Under the pieces are notes generated by a model that was not told where the DNA came from, made no database searches, and saw only the letters and a program-made list of their open reading frames with translations. Below, piece after piece: positions 30,069-42,984 of a stretch of DNA of 64,000 bases. Made by a program: the position numbers and the translations under genes. This DNA comes from Vulcanimicrobiota bacterium (lineage in GTDB: Bacteria > Vulcanimicrobiota > Vulcanimicrobiia > Vulcanimicrobiales > Vulcanimicrobiaceae). Position 1 is the stretch's first letter. Every line of letters begins with the position of its first letter. Location: positions 640,001-704,000 of the forward strand of contig CAWCIZ010000001.1 of assembly GCA_963795855.1 (NCBI GenBank). The letters run 5' to 3'.

Positions 30069-33000
30069 ATGCCCCCCCAAAAGAGCGTCCTCGTTATCGG
30101 CTCAGGCCCCATCGTGATCGGCCAAGCCGCCGAATTCGACTACGCCGGCGTTCAGGCGTGCCGCGCGCTTCGCGAAGAAGGCCACCGCGTCGTCCTCGTC
30201 AACTCGAACCCCGCCACCATCATGACCGACCCGGAAGTTGCGGACGCGGTGTACCTGGAGCCGCTGACCGTCGCTTCAGTCGAAGGCATCATCGAACGCG
30301 AGCGGCCGAACGCGCTGCTGCCCACGCTCGGCGGCCAAACCGGGCTGAATCTTGCGGTCGAATTGCACGAAGCGGGCGTTCTCGAGCGGTACGGCGTCGA
30401 GCTGCTGGAACGCCGGTCGAAACGATCAAACTCGCCGAAGATCGGGAGCGCTTCAAGGCCAAGATGATCGAAATCGGCGAGCCGGTTCCGACAAGCGCCG
30501 TCGTCACGCAAATCGACCAAGGTCTCGCGTTCGCGCAGCAGTACGGTTATCCGCTGGTGGTGCGGCCCGCATACACGCTCGGCGGCACCGGCGGCGGCAT
30601 CGTCTACAACGAGAACGATCTGCTTGAAACGCTCGAGAGCGGCCTCTCCGCGTCGCTCATCCACCAAGTGCTGCTCGAAACCTCGCTTCTGGGATGGAAA
30701 GAAGTCGAGTACGAAGTGCTGCGCGACGGTGCGAACAACGTGCATCATCGTTTGCAACATGGAAAACATCGATCCCGTCGGCGTGCATACCGGGGACTCG
30801 ATCGTCGTCGCCCCCTCGCAGACGCTCTCGGATCTCGAATATCAAATGCTGCGCACCGCGAGCCTCAACGTCATTCGCGCGCTGAACGTGCAAGGCGGCT
30901 GCAACATTCAATTCGCGCTGCATCCCGAGCGCAGCGAATACGCCATCATCGAAGTCAATCCGCGCGTCTCGCGCAGTTCGGCGCTTGCGAGCAAAGCGAC
31001 GGGCTATCCGATCGCCAAAATCAGCACGCGGATCGCGCTTGGTCAAACGCTCGACGAGATCCCGAATCCGGTGACCGGCGTTACGAAAGCGGCGTACGAA
31101 CCGACGCTGGATTACGTCGTCGTGAAAATTCCGCGCTGGCCGTTCGACAAATTTCCGCTTGCCGACACGTCGCTCGGCACGCAGATGAAATCAACCGGCG
31201 AAGCCATGGGAATCGGCCGCACGTTTCAAGACGCGCTCATGAAGGCGGTTCGCGGGCTCGATCTCAAGCGCAGCGCGCTCACGGGCAACGCGCTGACCGA
31301 GTGGAGCGACGCCGAACTCGAAAACGTGGTCGCGCATCCGAACCACGAGCGCTTGTTCGCGGCGGCCGAAATGATTCGCCGAGCGCTTGAAACCGAACGG
31401 GTCGACGCGGCGATAGAGCGCATCGTCGAACTTTCCGCGATCGATCGGTTCTGGCTCTACGAGATCGTGGAGATCGTCCGTGACGAATCGGCCTCGCATG
31501 CGCGCGACGGGACCATCGTGTTTCGGATGGTGGACACGGCCGCGGCCGAGTTTCCCGCGAAATCGCCTTACTATTACATCTCGCGAAACGAGCGCGACGA
31601 GATGCGCAAGCCGCCGCATGAAGCGGTCGTCGTGGTGGGCAGCGGACCGATTCGCATCGGCCAGGGCATCGAGTTCGACTATTCGTGCGTGCATGCGGCG
31701 TGGGCGCTGCGCGAGGCCGGCTGCTCGCCGGTCGTCATCAACAATAATCCCGAAACCGTTTCGACCGACTTCGATATATCCGACGTGCTGATCTTCGAAC
31801 CGCCCGGTGCGGATGAAGTGGAAGCGGCGTACCGATCGACGAGCGCGCGCGGCGTCATGCTGGCTTTCGGCGGACAAACCGCGATCAATCTTGCCGACGA
31901 ACTCGCGCGCCGCGGCGTGCCCATCATCGGTAGCGATCGCCGCAGCCTCGATATGGCGGAGGATCGCGAGAAATTCGACGCCGCGCTTCGCCGCCTGGGC
32001 GTCGCCCGCCCCGAAGGCAAGGCCGCGCGTTCGTTTCGCGAGGCGCGCGCCATCGCACGCGAACTCGGCTTTCCCGTTCTGGTCCGTCCGTCGTACGTGC
32101 TCGGCGGCCGCGGCATGGAGGTCGTGTATAACGAAGGCCAGCTCGCGTCCTATGCGGAGTCGGCGCCCCCGATTCTCGCCGGACGCGCCGCTGCTGGTGG
32201 ACAAGTATCTGCGCGGCTTGGAAGCCGAAGTTGACGCCGCGTTCGACGGCGACGACATTCTGATTCCCGGCATTTTCGAACACATCGAGCGAGCCGGTAT
32301 CCATTCGGGCGACTCGATCAGCGTCTATCCCGCGCAAACGATCTCGGCGGAGATGAAGGAGCGGATCGTCGAGGTAACCACGGCGATCGCGCGCGAACTG
32401 AACATTCGCGGCCTGATCAACATTCAGTTCGTCATTCACGAAGGCCAGCTCTACATCATCGAAGCGAATCCGCGCGCCAGCCGAACGGTGCCGATCATCC
32501 AGAAGGCGACCGGCGTGAATTTGGTCGCCGCAGCCACGCGTATCGCGCTCGGCGAGCAGCTGCGCGACATGCCGTACGGGACGGGGCTTGCGCCGCAGCG
32601 CGCCGTTCGTCGTCGTGAAGATTCCCGTCTTCTCGTTCGCCAAGATGCGCGGCGTCGAAACGATTCTCGGGCCCGAGATGAAGTCGACCGGCGAAGTGCT
32701 CGGCATCGACGAACGGTTTGCCGGCGCGCTGCGCAAAGGATTCATCGCCGCCGGCGTGCGTCTGCCGAATGAAGGCGGCCGAATACTGGTGTCGATTGCG
32801 GATGAGGAAAAAGAGCGAATCGATCGCGGTGCTGCGAGCGGTACGTCGAAACTCGGTCATACGCTCATCGCGACGCCCGGCACGCGCGAGTATTTGCAAG
32901 CGGCCGGCATTCCGTGCTCGCAGGTCAACAAGATCGCCGACGGGTCGCCGCACGTACTCGATCTCATCTCGCGAGCGCGGCGTCGATCTCGTCATCAACG

Positions 33001-33188
33001 ATGCGCAAGAGCCCGCGGGAAATCTCCGACAACTACCGCATCCGGCGCGCCGCGGTCGAGGCGAACATCGCGTGCTTGACGAGCCTGGACACCGCGCGCG
33101 CGCTAGCCGAAGCGCTGGAAAACACCGCCGGACCGCCGCGCCCGCTGCAAGAATACCGATGCGCTCAGACGCAAGCTTCACGTCCTGA
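30069..33188 (+). CDS. carB: Carbamoyl-phosphate synthase large subunit (several frameshifts; 3' end approximate)
   Basis: [85 protein letters not shown] and an MGS domain. Confidence 0.95.
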
Positions 33189-33250
33189 ATCTGAGCGCGC
33201 AGGCGCCGAGCGCTTTCGTTCTGGGTGGAAACGCCAGCACGCTCGCATTC

Positions 33251-33923
33251 GTGAGCGCAACTACGCGCGGACTCGCCCAGCGTTACCGCGCAACTCGTGC
33301 CGATCGCGCAGACGCCGCTCGGCGCGGTCACCGGCGATACCTGGCAAAACGTCATCGTCGCCATGGCCGGATTGCTCGATTGGCTCGACAGAACGTTTCC
33401 GCCGGACGACGAGCGCGCGTTCGTCGCGCCGCTGCGCGACATCGAATTGCTGGCGCGCATCAACTGGCAGGCGGAGCCGCCGCCGCGGCTCGACGACGAG
33501 AGCGTGCTGAACATCGAAGACGTGCCCGAAGAGATCGCGGATGCGTTGCTGCACGCGCCGGAACCGCTCGTGCAATGCGCCGCGTGCCGCCGTTTGTGCG
33601 TGCGCGATCAGTTCGTGTGGGAAAGAACGCAGCTGTGCGCGTGGGATTATCACCGGCAAGTGTTCGGCAAGCGGGGCCCCTGGCATACCGGCGTCTACGA
33701 AGCGCGTCATTTCGAGACGATTCCTTTCGCCGCATACGTTGCGCCGCCGCTGCTCGAGGAGGCAGGCGTCGACGTCGTTCTCGCAGTTGCGGACGTGGAA
33801 GACGGGGTCGCGCGCGAAGCGCTGAACATCGTGCTGGCGGGCGATGCCGCGCGCGCATATCAGGCAGTGCGCACGCCGGCCGGATATACGCTGCTGCGCG
33901 AACGCTCCGGCGCGCCCGCGTGA
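33251..33923 (+). CDS. Hypothetical protein with a Cys/His cluster (start uncertain, frameshift near 33290)
   Basis: ORF 33297..33923 contains CAACRRLC...LCAWDYH. Its stop overlaps the pbp start (GTGA). Confidence 0.6.
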
Positions 33924-35332
33924 GTCCAGCGACGATCTCGCGGCTCGGCGGGCTCTTCGCAGTCCTGTTTGCGATGCTCGTCGTACGCCAAGCTTACGTG
34001 CAGCGTGATCGCGGGTCCGGCGATCGCGGGGAATCCGTATAATCCTCGCCACGCTATACTCGGTACGCATCGCGGGCGCATCCTCGCGAGCGACGGCACC
34101 GTACTCGCGCACACCGTCGGCAGCACGCGTTCCTATCCGCTCGGCGCGTCGCTCGCGCAGACGGTGGGATACGTCTCCGAACGCTACGGCACGAGCGGGT
34201 TGGAAGACGCTTACGATCGCGCGCTCACGCCGGCCGACACGACCGGGGACGTCGTCGCGCAAATCGGCGAATCGTGGAAGCATTCAGCGGGCGAAGCGCG
34301 ATATCTCGCGGCGCCGACGTCGTCACGACTATCGATCCGGCGGTGCAGAACGAATTGTACGCGTCTGCTATCCGGATACTCGCGGGGTGCGGGGGTCGTG
34401 CTCGATCCGCGCAGCGGCGCCGTGCTCGCGCTCGCGAGCGTTCCGAGCTTCGATCCGAATCGGCTCCGCAGCGAATTCTCATCGCTTGCTGCACGACCCG
34501 AGCAGTCCGTTGCTCAACCGGAGCATCGACGGGCTCTATCCGCCCGGGTCGACGTTCAAGATCTTCACCGCCTCGGCCGCGCTCGATTCGGGGATCGTGA
34601 CGATGCAGTCGACGTTTTACGATCCCGGGTACTACACGATCGGCAACTTCACGCTGCACGACGACGAAGGAGAAGCCACCGGTACGCAAGATCTCACGGG
34701 TGCGTTCGCTCTTTCCAGTAACGTCGATTTCGGTCAGATCGCGCTGAAGATGGGCACGGACACGTTTTACCGGTATCTGGACCGCTGGGGTATAGGCGAT
34801 TCACTCGACTTTCAAATGCCCGCGTCCCGCGACCGCGTTCCGCCGGCGGCGTCGATCGTTCCGGGCGAGCTCGCGCAGATGGGCTTCGGCCAAGGCGCAT
34901 TGCTGATGACTCCGCTGCAAATGGCGCTCGTGGCCGCCACGATCGCAAACGGCGGTTCGGAGCCGCGGCCGTACATCGTGCGGCAGGTCGTCCGCCCCGG
35001 CGGGGCCGCGAGCAGCTACGGAGCCGGCGAGCTTGCGACCCCCATATCGGCGGATACCGCGGAGAATGTGAAGAAGATGATGATCGCGGTGGTGCAGCGC
35101 GGAACCGGAACGCCGGCGCAGCCTCGCGGGCGTGACCGTCGCCGGAAAAACCGGCACGGCCACAAACCCTTCGGGCGCTCCGCACTCGTGGTTCGTCTGC
35201 TTTGCGCCGGCAGAAAATCCGCGCGTAGCCGTTGCCGTTGTCGTCGAAAACGCGGGATACGGGGCCGCCGTTGCCGCGCCCATCGCGCGAAATGTCTTAC
35301 GCGTCGCACTGAGACCAGCGGAAGTGATCTGA
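33920..35332 (+). CDS. Class B penicillin-binding protein (PbpA-like; frameshifted)
   Basis: N-terminal [26 protein letters not shown] (SxxK), SSN (SxN), GFGQG and AGKTGTA motifs. Confidence 0.9.
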
Positions 35333-37393
35333 CGAGCAGCACGTATTCAACAACCGCTACCGCCTCGACGGTAAACTCGGCGAGGGCGGCATGGCGACGG
35401 TGTATTGCGGCACGGATACGCTGCTGCGCCGCCGCGTCGCGATCAAAGTGCTGCGCGAGCAGTACGCTTCCGATCGAGGAATTCGTGCGCCGCTTCTATC
35501 AGGAAGCGGAGTCCGCCGCGCGTCTTTCACATCCGAACATCGTCAACACGTACGACGTCGGCCGTGAAGGCGACGACGTACTACATCGTGATGGAATTGG
35601 TCGACGGCCCCTCGCTCGGCGAGATCATCGCCTCGGACGGCAAGCTGCCCGAACCGGTCGCCATCGACTACGCCGCGCAGATCTGCAACGGGCTCGCTTA
35701 CGCGCACCGGCAAGGGCTGCTGCACCGCGACATCAAGCCGGCGAACATTCTGATTACCAAGGACGACGTCGTCAAACTTTCCGATTTCGGCATCGCGCGC
35801 GCGATGTCGCAGCAGACGATGGCGATGACGCGCCCGGGATTGATCATGGGCAGCGTCTACTATCTTTCGCCGGAGCAGGCGCAGGGACACGAGCTGCACG
35901 AAACGTCCGACCTGTACAGCGTCGGCGTCGTGCTTTATCAGATGCTCATGGGCCGTCTCCCGTACACGGGCGATTCGCCGGTTACCGTTGCGCTCAAGCA
36001 TGTTTCCGATCCCGTTCCGGTCATCGATCCGGAAAGCAGCGGCGTGAGTCCGGCGCTGGCCTCGATCGTCAACCGGCTGCTTCAGAAGCAGCCCGAACAC
36101 CGTTTTCAATCCGCCAGCGAAGTTGCCTCGGCGCTGCGCGAAGCGCGCGAGCGTCCTGCGGTGGCAACCTATTCGACGCACGACGATTCACCGGCGGAAC
36201 CCATTACCGGGCCGCTGCAACCGCCGCCGCGTCCGTCGCGACTGCCGGATCGCCCCACCGACATGGATGAAGAACCGCGGCCGCGTTCCGTGGGCCCGTA
36301 CATTTTGTTCGTCATCGCCGCCCTCGTCATAGCGACGGCCGCGGCGTTCTTCCTGACGCGTCCAGGCGTGCCGCGCGTAACGCTCGACAATTACGTCGGA
36401 ATGACGGACGCGCAAGCGCAGCAAGCCGTCGTCAACGCCGGCCTCGACTACAAGATTTCCCGTCAGACCAGCGCAACGGTTGCGCCGAATCACGTCATCA
36501 GTCAAGATCCGGGCGCAAACAGTTCGGTCGCGAAAGGCAGCACGATCGCACTGGTGATCAGCAGCGGCAAACCGGTCGTCGGTTTGCGCGACGTCACCGG
36601 ATATACGGTTTCGGATGCGCAGAAAGATCTCGCGTTCGACACGTTCCAAATAAAGATGCAGCACAAGTACGACCCCTCGCCGAAAGACACGGTGATCGCC
36701 GAAAAGCCGAAACCCGGCACGAAACTGCGCCAAGGTTCGACTGTGACGCTGGTCGTGTCCGACGGCCCTGCACCCATAAAAATGCCGCATTTGGTGGGTT
36801 TGAAACTCGACAAGGCGCGGGCGATCGCCGGGCGCGACGGCTTCACGATAAACATCACCGAGACCGGCCAGTTCAACAACATTCCCTCGAACGTGATCGA
36901 GTGGCAGGACGTGCCGGCCGGAAGCATGATTCCGTCCGATCACTCGCAGACGGTAAACGTCGTCGTGAGCACCGGCGGCGGACTTGCGAGCGTCCCCAAC
37001 GTCGTCAACGCCGGTTTCGTGAACGCCAATCAAACGCTGCTCAAGGCCGGGTTCACGGTCGACATCACGTACATGATTCATCCGGCGTCGGCCGACAACG
37101 GTCTGGTCGTGCAGCAAGATCCCGCCGGGAACACGCCGCTTGAAAAAGGCAGCAGCGTGAAGATAATGGTTTCGGTTCCGGGTGAGGTACCCGACACCGA
37201 AGGCATGGATCTGCAGAGTGCCAAGAACACGCTGATGAACGCCGGCTACACGCCGGGCAACATCACGCTCACGACGGAAGGCGCCGGCGGAAAAGTCGTG
37301 CGCACGGAGCCGTTCGCGGGTACGCCGGCGCGTCCGGGCGCCGAAGTCAGCATCTACGTCAACAGCGCGAGCGCGCAGCCGCCGCAGCCGTGA
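35324..37393 (+). CDS. pknB: Ser/Thr protein kinase with five PASTA domains (PknB/Stk1; frameshifted 5' end)
   Basis: [40 protein letters not shown] and SPEQA, then a TM segment and five PASTA-like repeats. Confidence 0.9.
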
Positions 37394-37872
37394 CGCAGCG
37401 GATTCTCGGCGTGGATCCGGGCCTGAGAACGACGGGCTACGGGGTCATCGAATTTGCTTCGGGGCGTTCGCGGCTGCTCGAGGCGGGCGTCGTCTCGCCC
37501 AAGGCAAGCGGATCGCTCGAACGGCGGCTGCACGAATTGCACGAAGGAATCTCCGCCGTCGTTTCTTCGACCCGTCCAACCGCTATGGTGATCGAAGAAC
37601 TCTACACGACGTACAAGAACCCCCTCACCGCAATCATGATGGGACACGCGCGCGGCGTATTGTGCCTCGCCGGAGCGCAGTACGGCGTGCCCGTCCACAC
37701 GCTCGCGCATTCGCTCGTCAAACGCGCGCTGATCGGTTCGGGCGCCGCCAAAAAAGAGCAGGTCAACCAAATGGTGACGCAGCTGCTCGGCCTGCGCCGC
37801 CGCCCCGAACCAAACGACGTTTCCGACGCGCTCGCGCTCGCGCTCGCATTCTGCAACCGGAGCTACCGGTGA
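37390..37872 (+). CDS. ruvC: Holliday junction resolvase RuvC
   Basis: ILGVDPG, VIEE, GAAKKEQV and DVSDALA motifs. Confidence 0.95.
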   Translation: MTQRILGVDPGLRTTGYGVIEFASGRSRLLEAGVVSPKASGSLERRLHELHEGISAVVSSTRPTAMVIEELYTTYKNPLTAIMMGHARGVLCLAGAQYGVPVHTLAHSLVKRALIGSGAAKKEQVNQMVTQLLGLRRRPEPNDVSDALALALAFCNRSYR

Positions 37873-37921
37873 CCGGATCGGCGACGGTCTGCATCGCCAA
37901 GAGTGAGGCGAGAGCTTAAAA

Positions 37922-38548
37922 ATGTTTTCACGCATTCGCGGTACGCTCGTCGAGCGCGGCGAAGGCGCGGTCGTGCTGGACGTCCACGGACTTTCGTACG
38001 AGATCTTCCTGCCGCCGTGCGTCGAGGAAAAGATCACCGCGCGGGAAGGCGAGGAAGTCGCCCTCGAAATTTACGCCGTGCTGAACATCGACGGCAATGC
38101 CGGTCATTACACGTTCTACGGTTTCAGCAACGCCGTCGAGCGAGAATTTTTCGAGGCGCTGATCAGCGTAGCGAGCATCGGGCCGCGTTCCGCGGCGCGC
38201 GCGTTTTCGCAGCCGATGTCTCGCATTGCGGGCGCAGTCGATCGCGGCGATCACGGCTTTCTTAAAACGTTGCCCGGCATCGGTCAGCAGAAGGCGCGCG
38301 ACATCGTCGCGAAACTGCAGGGGAAGGTTACGAAGTTCTTGCTGATTCAGCAGGCGCAAGCCGCGCCGGAAACGCCGATGCCCGACTTCGCCGATGAGGC
38401 GCTGGCCGTGCTGCTTCAACTCGAGTACCGCCGCGCGGAAGCGGAAGAGATGATTCGCGGGACGCTTGAGGGGTCTCCGCAGATACGCGACGCCGAAACG
38501 CTGCTTGCCGAGATTTACCGGCGGAAAGCGCAGCAAGCGCATGTCTGA
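37922..38548 (+). CDS. ruvA: Holliday junction DNA-binding protein RuvA
   Basis: [16 protein letters not shown]...[19 protein letters not shown] and LPGIGQQKA motifs. Confidence 0.9.
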   Translation: MFSRIRGTLVERGEGAVVLDVHGLSYEIFLPPCVEEKITAREGEEVALEIYAVLNIDGNAGHYTFYGFSNAVEREFFEALISVASIGPRSAARAFSQPMSRIAGAVDRGDHGFLKTLPGIGQQKARDIVAKLQGKVTKFLLIQQAQAAPETPMPDFADEALAVLLQLEYRRAEAEEMIRGTLEGSPQIRDAETLLAEIYRRKAQQAHV

Positions 38549-39611
38549 AGACGCCCGTAAAAAGATGTACGGGCCGGAAGATACCGCGCCCGACGAACGC
38601 ATCGTCGGCGCGCAAGACACGCTGGAAGATGAAGTTTACGGCGCCAGCCTGCGGCCGCGGTCGTTCGACGAGTACGTCGGGCAGAGCACTGTTGTGGAAA
38701 ATCTCAAGATCTCGATCGACGCTGCGCGCCGCCGCGGCGAACCGCTCGAGCACGTGCTTTTTTACGGCCCGCCCGGTTTAGGAAAGACGACGCTCGCATC
38801 GCTCATTGCCAAAGATCTTGGTCGCGCGCTGCGCCCGACCAGCGGCCCGACGCTCGAGAAGCCGAAGGATTTGGTCGGCATTCTGACCGCGCTCGAAGAA
38901 GGCGACATCCTATTCATCGACGAGATCCATCGTCTGGGCCGCGTCGTGGAAGAGTTTCTGTACCCCGCGATGGAAGATTATCAGATCGATTTCGTCGTCG
39001 ACCGGGGCGCGTACGCGAAAACGTTAAAACTTCCGCTCAAACGGTTCACGCTGGTAGGCGCGACGACGCGGGCCGGCATGCTTTCCGCTCCGCTGCGCGA
39101 GCGGTTCGGCATCATGCATCATCTCGACTACTACAGCGTTGAAGAACTCAAACGCATCGTGCTGCGTTCTTCCACTGTGCTGACCGTTCCCATCGACGAC
39201 GAAGGGGCGCAGACTATCGCCGCGCGCAGCCGCGGCACGCCGCGCATTGCGAACCGGCTGCTTCGACGCGTTCGAGATTATGCGGAAGTGCGCGCCGACG
39301 GCCGCATCAATAAATCCGTCGCGCTCGAGGCACTGCGTCGCGAAGGCGTGGACGAACTCGGCCTGGATCGGCTCGACCGGGCGTTTCTGCGAACGATCGT
39401 CGAACAGTACAAGGGCGGTCCCGTCGGTATCGGCGCAGTCGCCGCGACGCTCACCGAAGACGCCGAAACGCTTGAAGACGTCGTGGAACCGTATCTGCTC
39501 AAGTGCGGTTTCGTCGTTCGAACGGCGAGCGGCCGCAAAGCGACCGCCCATGCGTACGCGCATCTTGGCGCACAAGGCTCGCCCGAACCGGCGCAGGAGC
39601 GGCTGTTGTGA
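38541..39611 (+). CDS. ruvB: Holliday junction helicase RuvB
   Basis: [38 protein letters not shown] and [17 protein letters not shown] motifs. Confidence 0.97.
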   Translation: MSEDARKKMYGPEDTAPDERIVGAQDTLEDEVYGASLRPRSFDEYVGQSTVVENLKISIDAARRRGEPLEHVLFYGPPGLGKTTLASLIAKDLGRALRPTSGPTLEKPKDLVGILTALEEGDILFIDEIHRLGRVVEEFLYPAMEDYQIDFVVDRGAYAKTLKLPLKRFTLVGATTRAGMLSAPLRERFGIMHHLDYYSVEELKRIVLRSSTVLTVPIDDEGAQTIAARSRGTPRIANRLLRRVRDYAEVRADGRINKSVALEALRREGVDELGLDRLDRAFLRTIVEQYKGGPVGIGAVAATLTEDAETLEDVVEPYLLKCGFVVRTASGRKATAHAYAHLGAQGSPEPAQERLL

Positions 39612-40591
39612 ATCGCTTCGAGTTTTTGACTTCGGCGCTCGCAGCACTCGCGGTGCCGGTGCAAGTTCGCGACGACGTCGCCGATCCGGCAAGCGAAGCC
39701 CAATCGCAAGCACTTCGCGTCCTACTCGGAAGCGGAAGCGCGCAGCGGATCGATGCGACGTCCTTTGTTTATCAAGGGCGGCGCTACCGCGGCAACTTCT
39801 CTACCATCGCAGGCCGAATCGTCAACGTCATCCCCCTCGAGCAGTATCTCTACAGCGTCGTACCGCGTGAGATGCCGCATTCGTGGCCGGCCGCCGCGCT
39901 GCAAGCGCAGGCAATCGTCGCGCGCACGTACGTCCTTCAGCGCAGCAACCCTACGCGCGATTACGATTTGGTGCCGTCGGAGGCGGATCAGGTGTACACC
40001 GGCATCGATGCGGAACACGCCGAAAGCAGTGCTGCAGTGGATGCCACCGCCGGACAGGTACTACGCTACGGCGCCGCGTTTGCGCAAGCACTGTACTCGT
40101 CGTGTTGCGGCGGACATACGGAGTCCAACGGCGACGCGTGGGGCGGCGTTGCACTGCCGTATTTGAGCGGCGTAAGCTGCGGATACTGCAGCGATTCGCC
40201 GTGGTTCGCATGGTCCGAGCAACTGCAGCTGCAGCAGATTCGATCGTCATTCCCGCAGCTCGACGCCATCGGCGATCTCACCGGTGTTGCACTGGACGCA
40301 CCGGACGGCAGCGGCCGCGCGAAGTTCTGGACGTTCAATGGTTCCGGCGGCTCCCAGCGCGTGAAAGCGGCGGACGTTCGGCGGGCAGTAGGAACGCGCA
40401 CGCTGCCGAGTTTGCTCGTTCGTTCGATCTCGCTCACGCAGGCCAATCAGCGTGCAGTCATCGAAGGTGACGGGCTAGGGCACGGTGTCGGGCTGTGCCA
40501 GTGGGGCGCCCGCGGGATGGCGCAGACCGGAGCCGGCGCCCGATCGATCCTCGCATACTACTATCCAGGTACCGGAATAGGGAATGACTGA
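39608..40591 (+). CDS. SpoIID/LytB domain protein (lytic transglycosylase family)
   Basis: [30 protein letters not shown] and [11 protein letters not shown] motifs. Confidence 0.92.
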   Translation: MNRFEFLTSALAALAVPVQVRDDVADPASEAQSQALRVLLGSGSAQRIDATSFVYQGRRYRGNFSTIAGRIVNVIPLEQYLYSVVPREMPHSWPAAALQAQAIVARTYVLQRSNPTRDYDLVPSEADQVYTGIDAEHAESSAAVDATAGQVLRYGAAFAQALYSSCCGGHTESNGDAWGGVALPYLSGVSCGYCSDSPWFAWSEQLQLQQIRSSFPQLDAIGDLTGVALDAPDGSGRAKFWTFNGSGGSQRVKAADVRRAVGTRTLPSLLVRSISLTQANQRAVIEGDGLGHGVGLCQWGARGMAQTGAGARSILAYYYPGTGIGND

Positions 40592-40958
40592 CGAACAACG
40601 GTCAGCCGAGCGCGAAGGCGGCGAAAAACGCGTTCAGGGCGTGCGCTTGCGCAAATACATCGACGTCGTCGTCGAGGACCGGCTTTCGTCGATGCTGTTT
40701 CGAAGCGCCATTGCGGACGTTTCGGAAATGGGCATGCGCATCATCTCGGATCAATACTTGCCCAAAGGCACGAAATACATTTTCACGATGAAGAGCCCGC
40801 CGAATCTTTCCCTGCGCGGCGAGGTCCGCTGGATACGCGATTTCGAGCGCGAAACGTATCAAGTCGGCGTCCTTTTCATCGACGTCAGCGAAGAGGACCG
40901 AAAACGGCTCGCGAATTTCCTGGACATCGAACGCCGGCGTCTGGCGACTCCGGGCTAA
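40584..40958 (+). CDS. PilZ-domain protein
   Basis: EKRVQGVR (RxxxxR-like), DVSEMG (DxSxxG), GEVRW and GVLF motifs. Confidence 0.8.
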   Translation: MTDEQRSAEREGGEKRVQGVRLRKYIDVVVEDRLSSMLFRSAIADVSEMGMRIISDQYLPKGTKYIFTMKSPPNLSLRGEVRWIRDFERETYQVGVLFIDVSEEDRKRLANFLDIERRRLATPG

Positions 40959-41990
40959 CCTCCGCTTACACCTTCGAACTTCCGGAACGGCTGATCGCGC
41001 AGCAGCCCGCTTCGCCGCGGGATTCGTCCCGTCTGCTCGTGCTGCGGCACGGCGAGATCCAACACCGCGTTTTCCGCGACTTACCCGAATTTCTGCGCGA
41101 AGGCGACGTCCTGGTACTCAACGAGACGCGCGTCATCGCCGCGCGTCTGTTCGGCGCGCGCGATTCGGGCGGGCGAGTCGAGTCTGCTGCTCCTTCGACC
41201 GCATCACGGACGGTACGATCCGGGCGCGACGCGTTGGCAAGCACTGCTGAAGCCGGCACGCCGCATGCGTGTCGGCGAGCGTATCTCATTCGGCGAGTTC
41301 GGCGAAGCGCACGTCGTCGCGGTGTTGGAAGACGGCGTTCGCGAGATCGAGTTTCGTTTGCGCGTGCCCTTCGAGGAGTTTCTGCATCGCGCGGGCACCT
41401 TGCCGCTTCCGCCGTACATTCACAACGACAGCGCGGAAGCGCAGGAACGCTACCAGACGATTTTCGCGCGGGAACCGGGCAGCGTTGCCGCGCCGACCGC
41501 GTCGCTGCACTTCACGCAGGACGTTTTTGCCGCGCTTGCGCAGCGCGGCGTGGAGATCGTCAAACTCGTGCTGGACGTTGGCCTAGGAACCTTTCGCCCC
41601 ATGCAAACGGCGGCAGTGCACGATCACGTCATGCACGCGGAGTCGTTCTCCATTCCCGAAGAAACGGCGGAGACGATTCGCGCCGCCAAACGTGAAGGGA
41701 GGCGCGTGATTGCGGCCGGCACGACCGTCGTGCGCGCACTCGAAGGTTCAAGCGCGAAGCATGGCGAGGTTCGAGCGGGCACCGACGAAACCGGCATCTT
41801 CATAACGCCCGGGTACACGTTTCGGGTCCTCGACGCGCTTATCACGAATTTTCATTTGCCCCAATCGACGCTCGTGGTTTTGGTCAGCGCGTTTGCAGGA
41901 AGGACGACGATCCTGCGAGCGTACGAAGAAGCGATCCGGCGCGAATACCGGTTCTTTTCCTTCGGCGACGCGATGTTCATCGAACCGTAG
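40955..41990 (+). CDS. queA: S-adenosylmethionine:tRNA ribosyltransferase-isomerase (start uncertain, frameshift near 41183)
   Basis: [66 protein letters not shown] and [10 protein letters not shown] motifs. Confidence 0.95.
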
Positions 41991-42008
41991 CAGCGAACAC
42001 CGGCGGCG

Positions 42009-42977
42009 ATGCGAGTCGTCGAGATAACTACGCCCGGAGGCCCCGAGGTGCTTCGGGTCGTCGAGCGGCCCAAACCCGCCGCGCAGCCGGGCGAAGTCCT
42101 GATCGCGGTTGAAGCGGCAGGCGTCAGTCATGCCGACGTGATGCAGCGCGGTGGAACGTATCCGCCGCCGCCGGGCGCTTCCGAGGTGCCCGGTCTGGAG
42201 GTTGCGGGCATCGATGAAGCAACCGGCGAGCGCGTCTGCGCTCTGGTAACCGGCGGAGGGTACGGCGAATACGTCGCCGTTCCGCGCGAGCAGGTCCTGC
42301 CGATACCGGAAGGCTGGACCTTCGTTGAAGCCGCCGGTTTACCGGAAAACATGTTCACCGTTTACGACAATCTGTTCACGCGAGCGCACTTGCAGCGCGG
42401 TGAGCGGGTGCTGGTGCACGGCGGCAGCAGCGGCATCGGCACCACGGCGATTATGCTCGCGAAAGCGTTCGGCGCGGCGTTCATCGCGACGACCGCCGGT
42501 AGTGACGCAAAATGCGCGGCATGCCGAGAATTCGGCGCGGATCTGGCCGTGAATTACAAAACGAGCGACTTCGTGACCGAAGTTCGCAACGCGACGGCGG
42601 GAGCCGGTGTGGACGTCGTCTTCGACATCGTCGGCGGCGATTATATTGCGCGGGATTTCGACGCGCTCGCCGCGGATGGGCGCATCGTCTGCATCGCGGC
42701 GCCGCTGGGTCGCAGCGTCGATCTCGATCTGGGCAGGCTGATGCAAAAACGCGCGGCAATCATGGGCTCGTCGCTGCGTGCGCGCACGCCTGCGCAAAAG
42801 GGGATGATCGCGGCCGAACTGCTGAAGTACGTGTGGCCGAAGTTGCCCGAGCGGAGCGTTATTCGCCCGGCGATCGACTCCACGTTCCCGCTGGAGGATG
42901 CCGCCGCCGCGCACCGCCGCCTGGAGGAATCCGCACACGTGGGTAAGATTGTCCTGGTTACTAGAAAGGGGTCTTAG
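42009..42977 (+). CDS. NAD(P)H-quinone oxidoreductase (PIG3/zeta-crystallin family)
   Basis: GGPEVL, YPPPPGASEVPGLEVAG, VHGGSSGIG and HVGKIVL motifs. Confidence 0.92.
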   Translation: MRVVEITTPGGPEVLRVVERPKPAAQPGEVLIAVEAAGVSHADVMQRGGTYPPPPGASEVPGLEVAGIDEATGERVCALVTGGGYGEYVAVPREQVLPIPEGWTFVEAAGLPENMFTVYDNLFTRAHLQRGERVLVHGGSSGIGTTAIMLAKAFGAAFIATTAGSDAKCAACREFGADLAVNYKTSDFVTEVRNATAGAGVDVVFDIVGGDYIARDFDALAADGRIVCIAAPLGRSVDLDLGRLMQKRAAIMGSSLRARTPAQKGMIAAELLKYVWPKLPERSVIRPAIDSTFPLEDAAAAHRRLEESAHVGKIVLVTRKGS

Positions 42978-42984
42978 TTTTTCG

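Noticed and set aside
16914..37393. Mass pseudogenisation or programmed frameshifting of valS, pyr, car, pbpA and pknB genes
   Set aside because: The breaks are scattered single-base indels in essential genes with intact motifs and no slippery-site pattern, which fits long-read consensus error.
37390..37872. RuvC-domain nuclease as a TnpB/Cas-like effector
   Set aside because: It is the 160-aa housekeeping resolvase in a standard ruvC-ruvA-ruvB operon.
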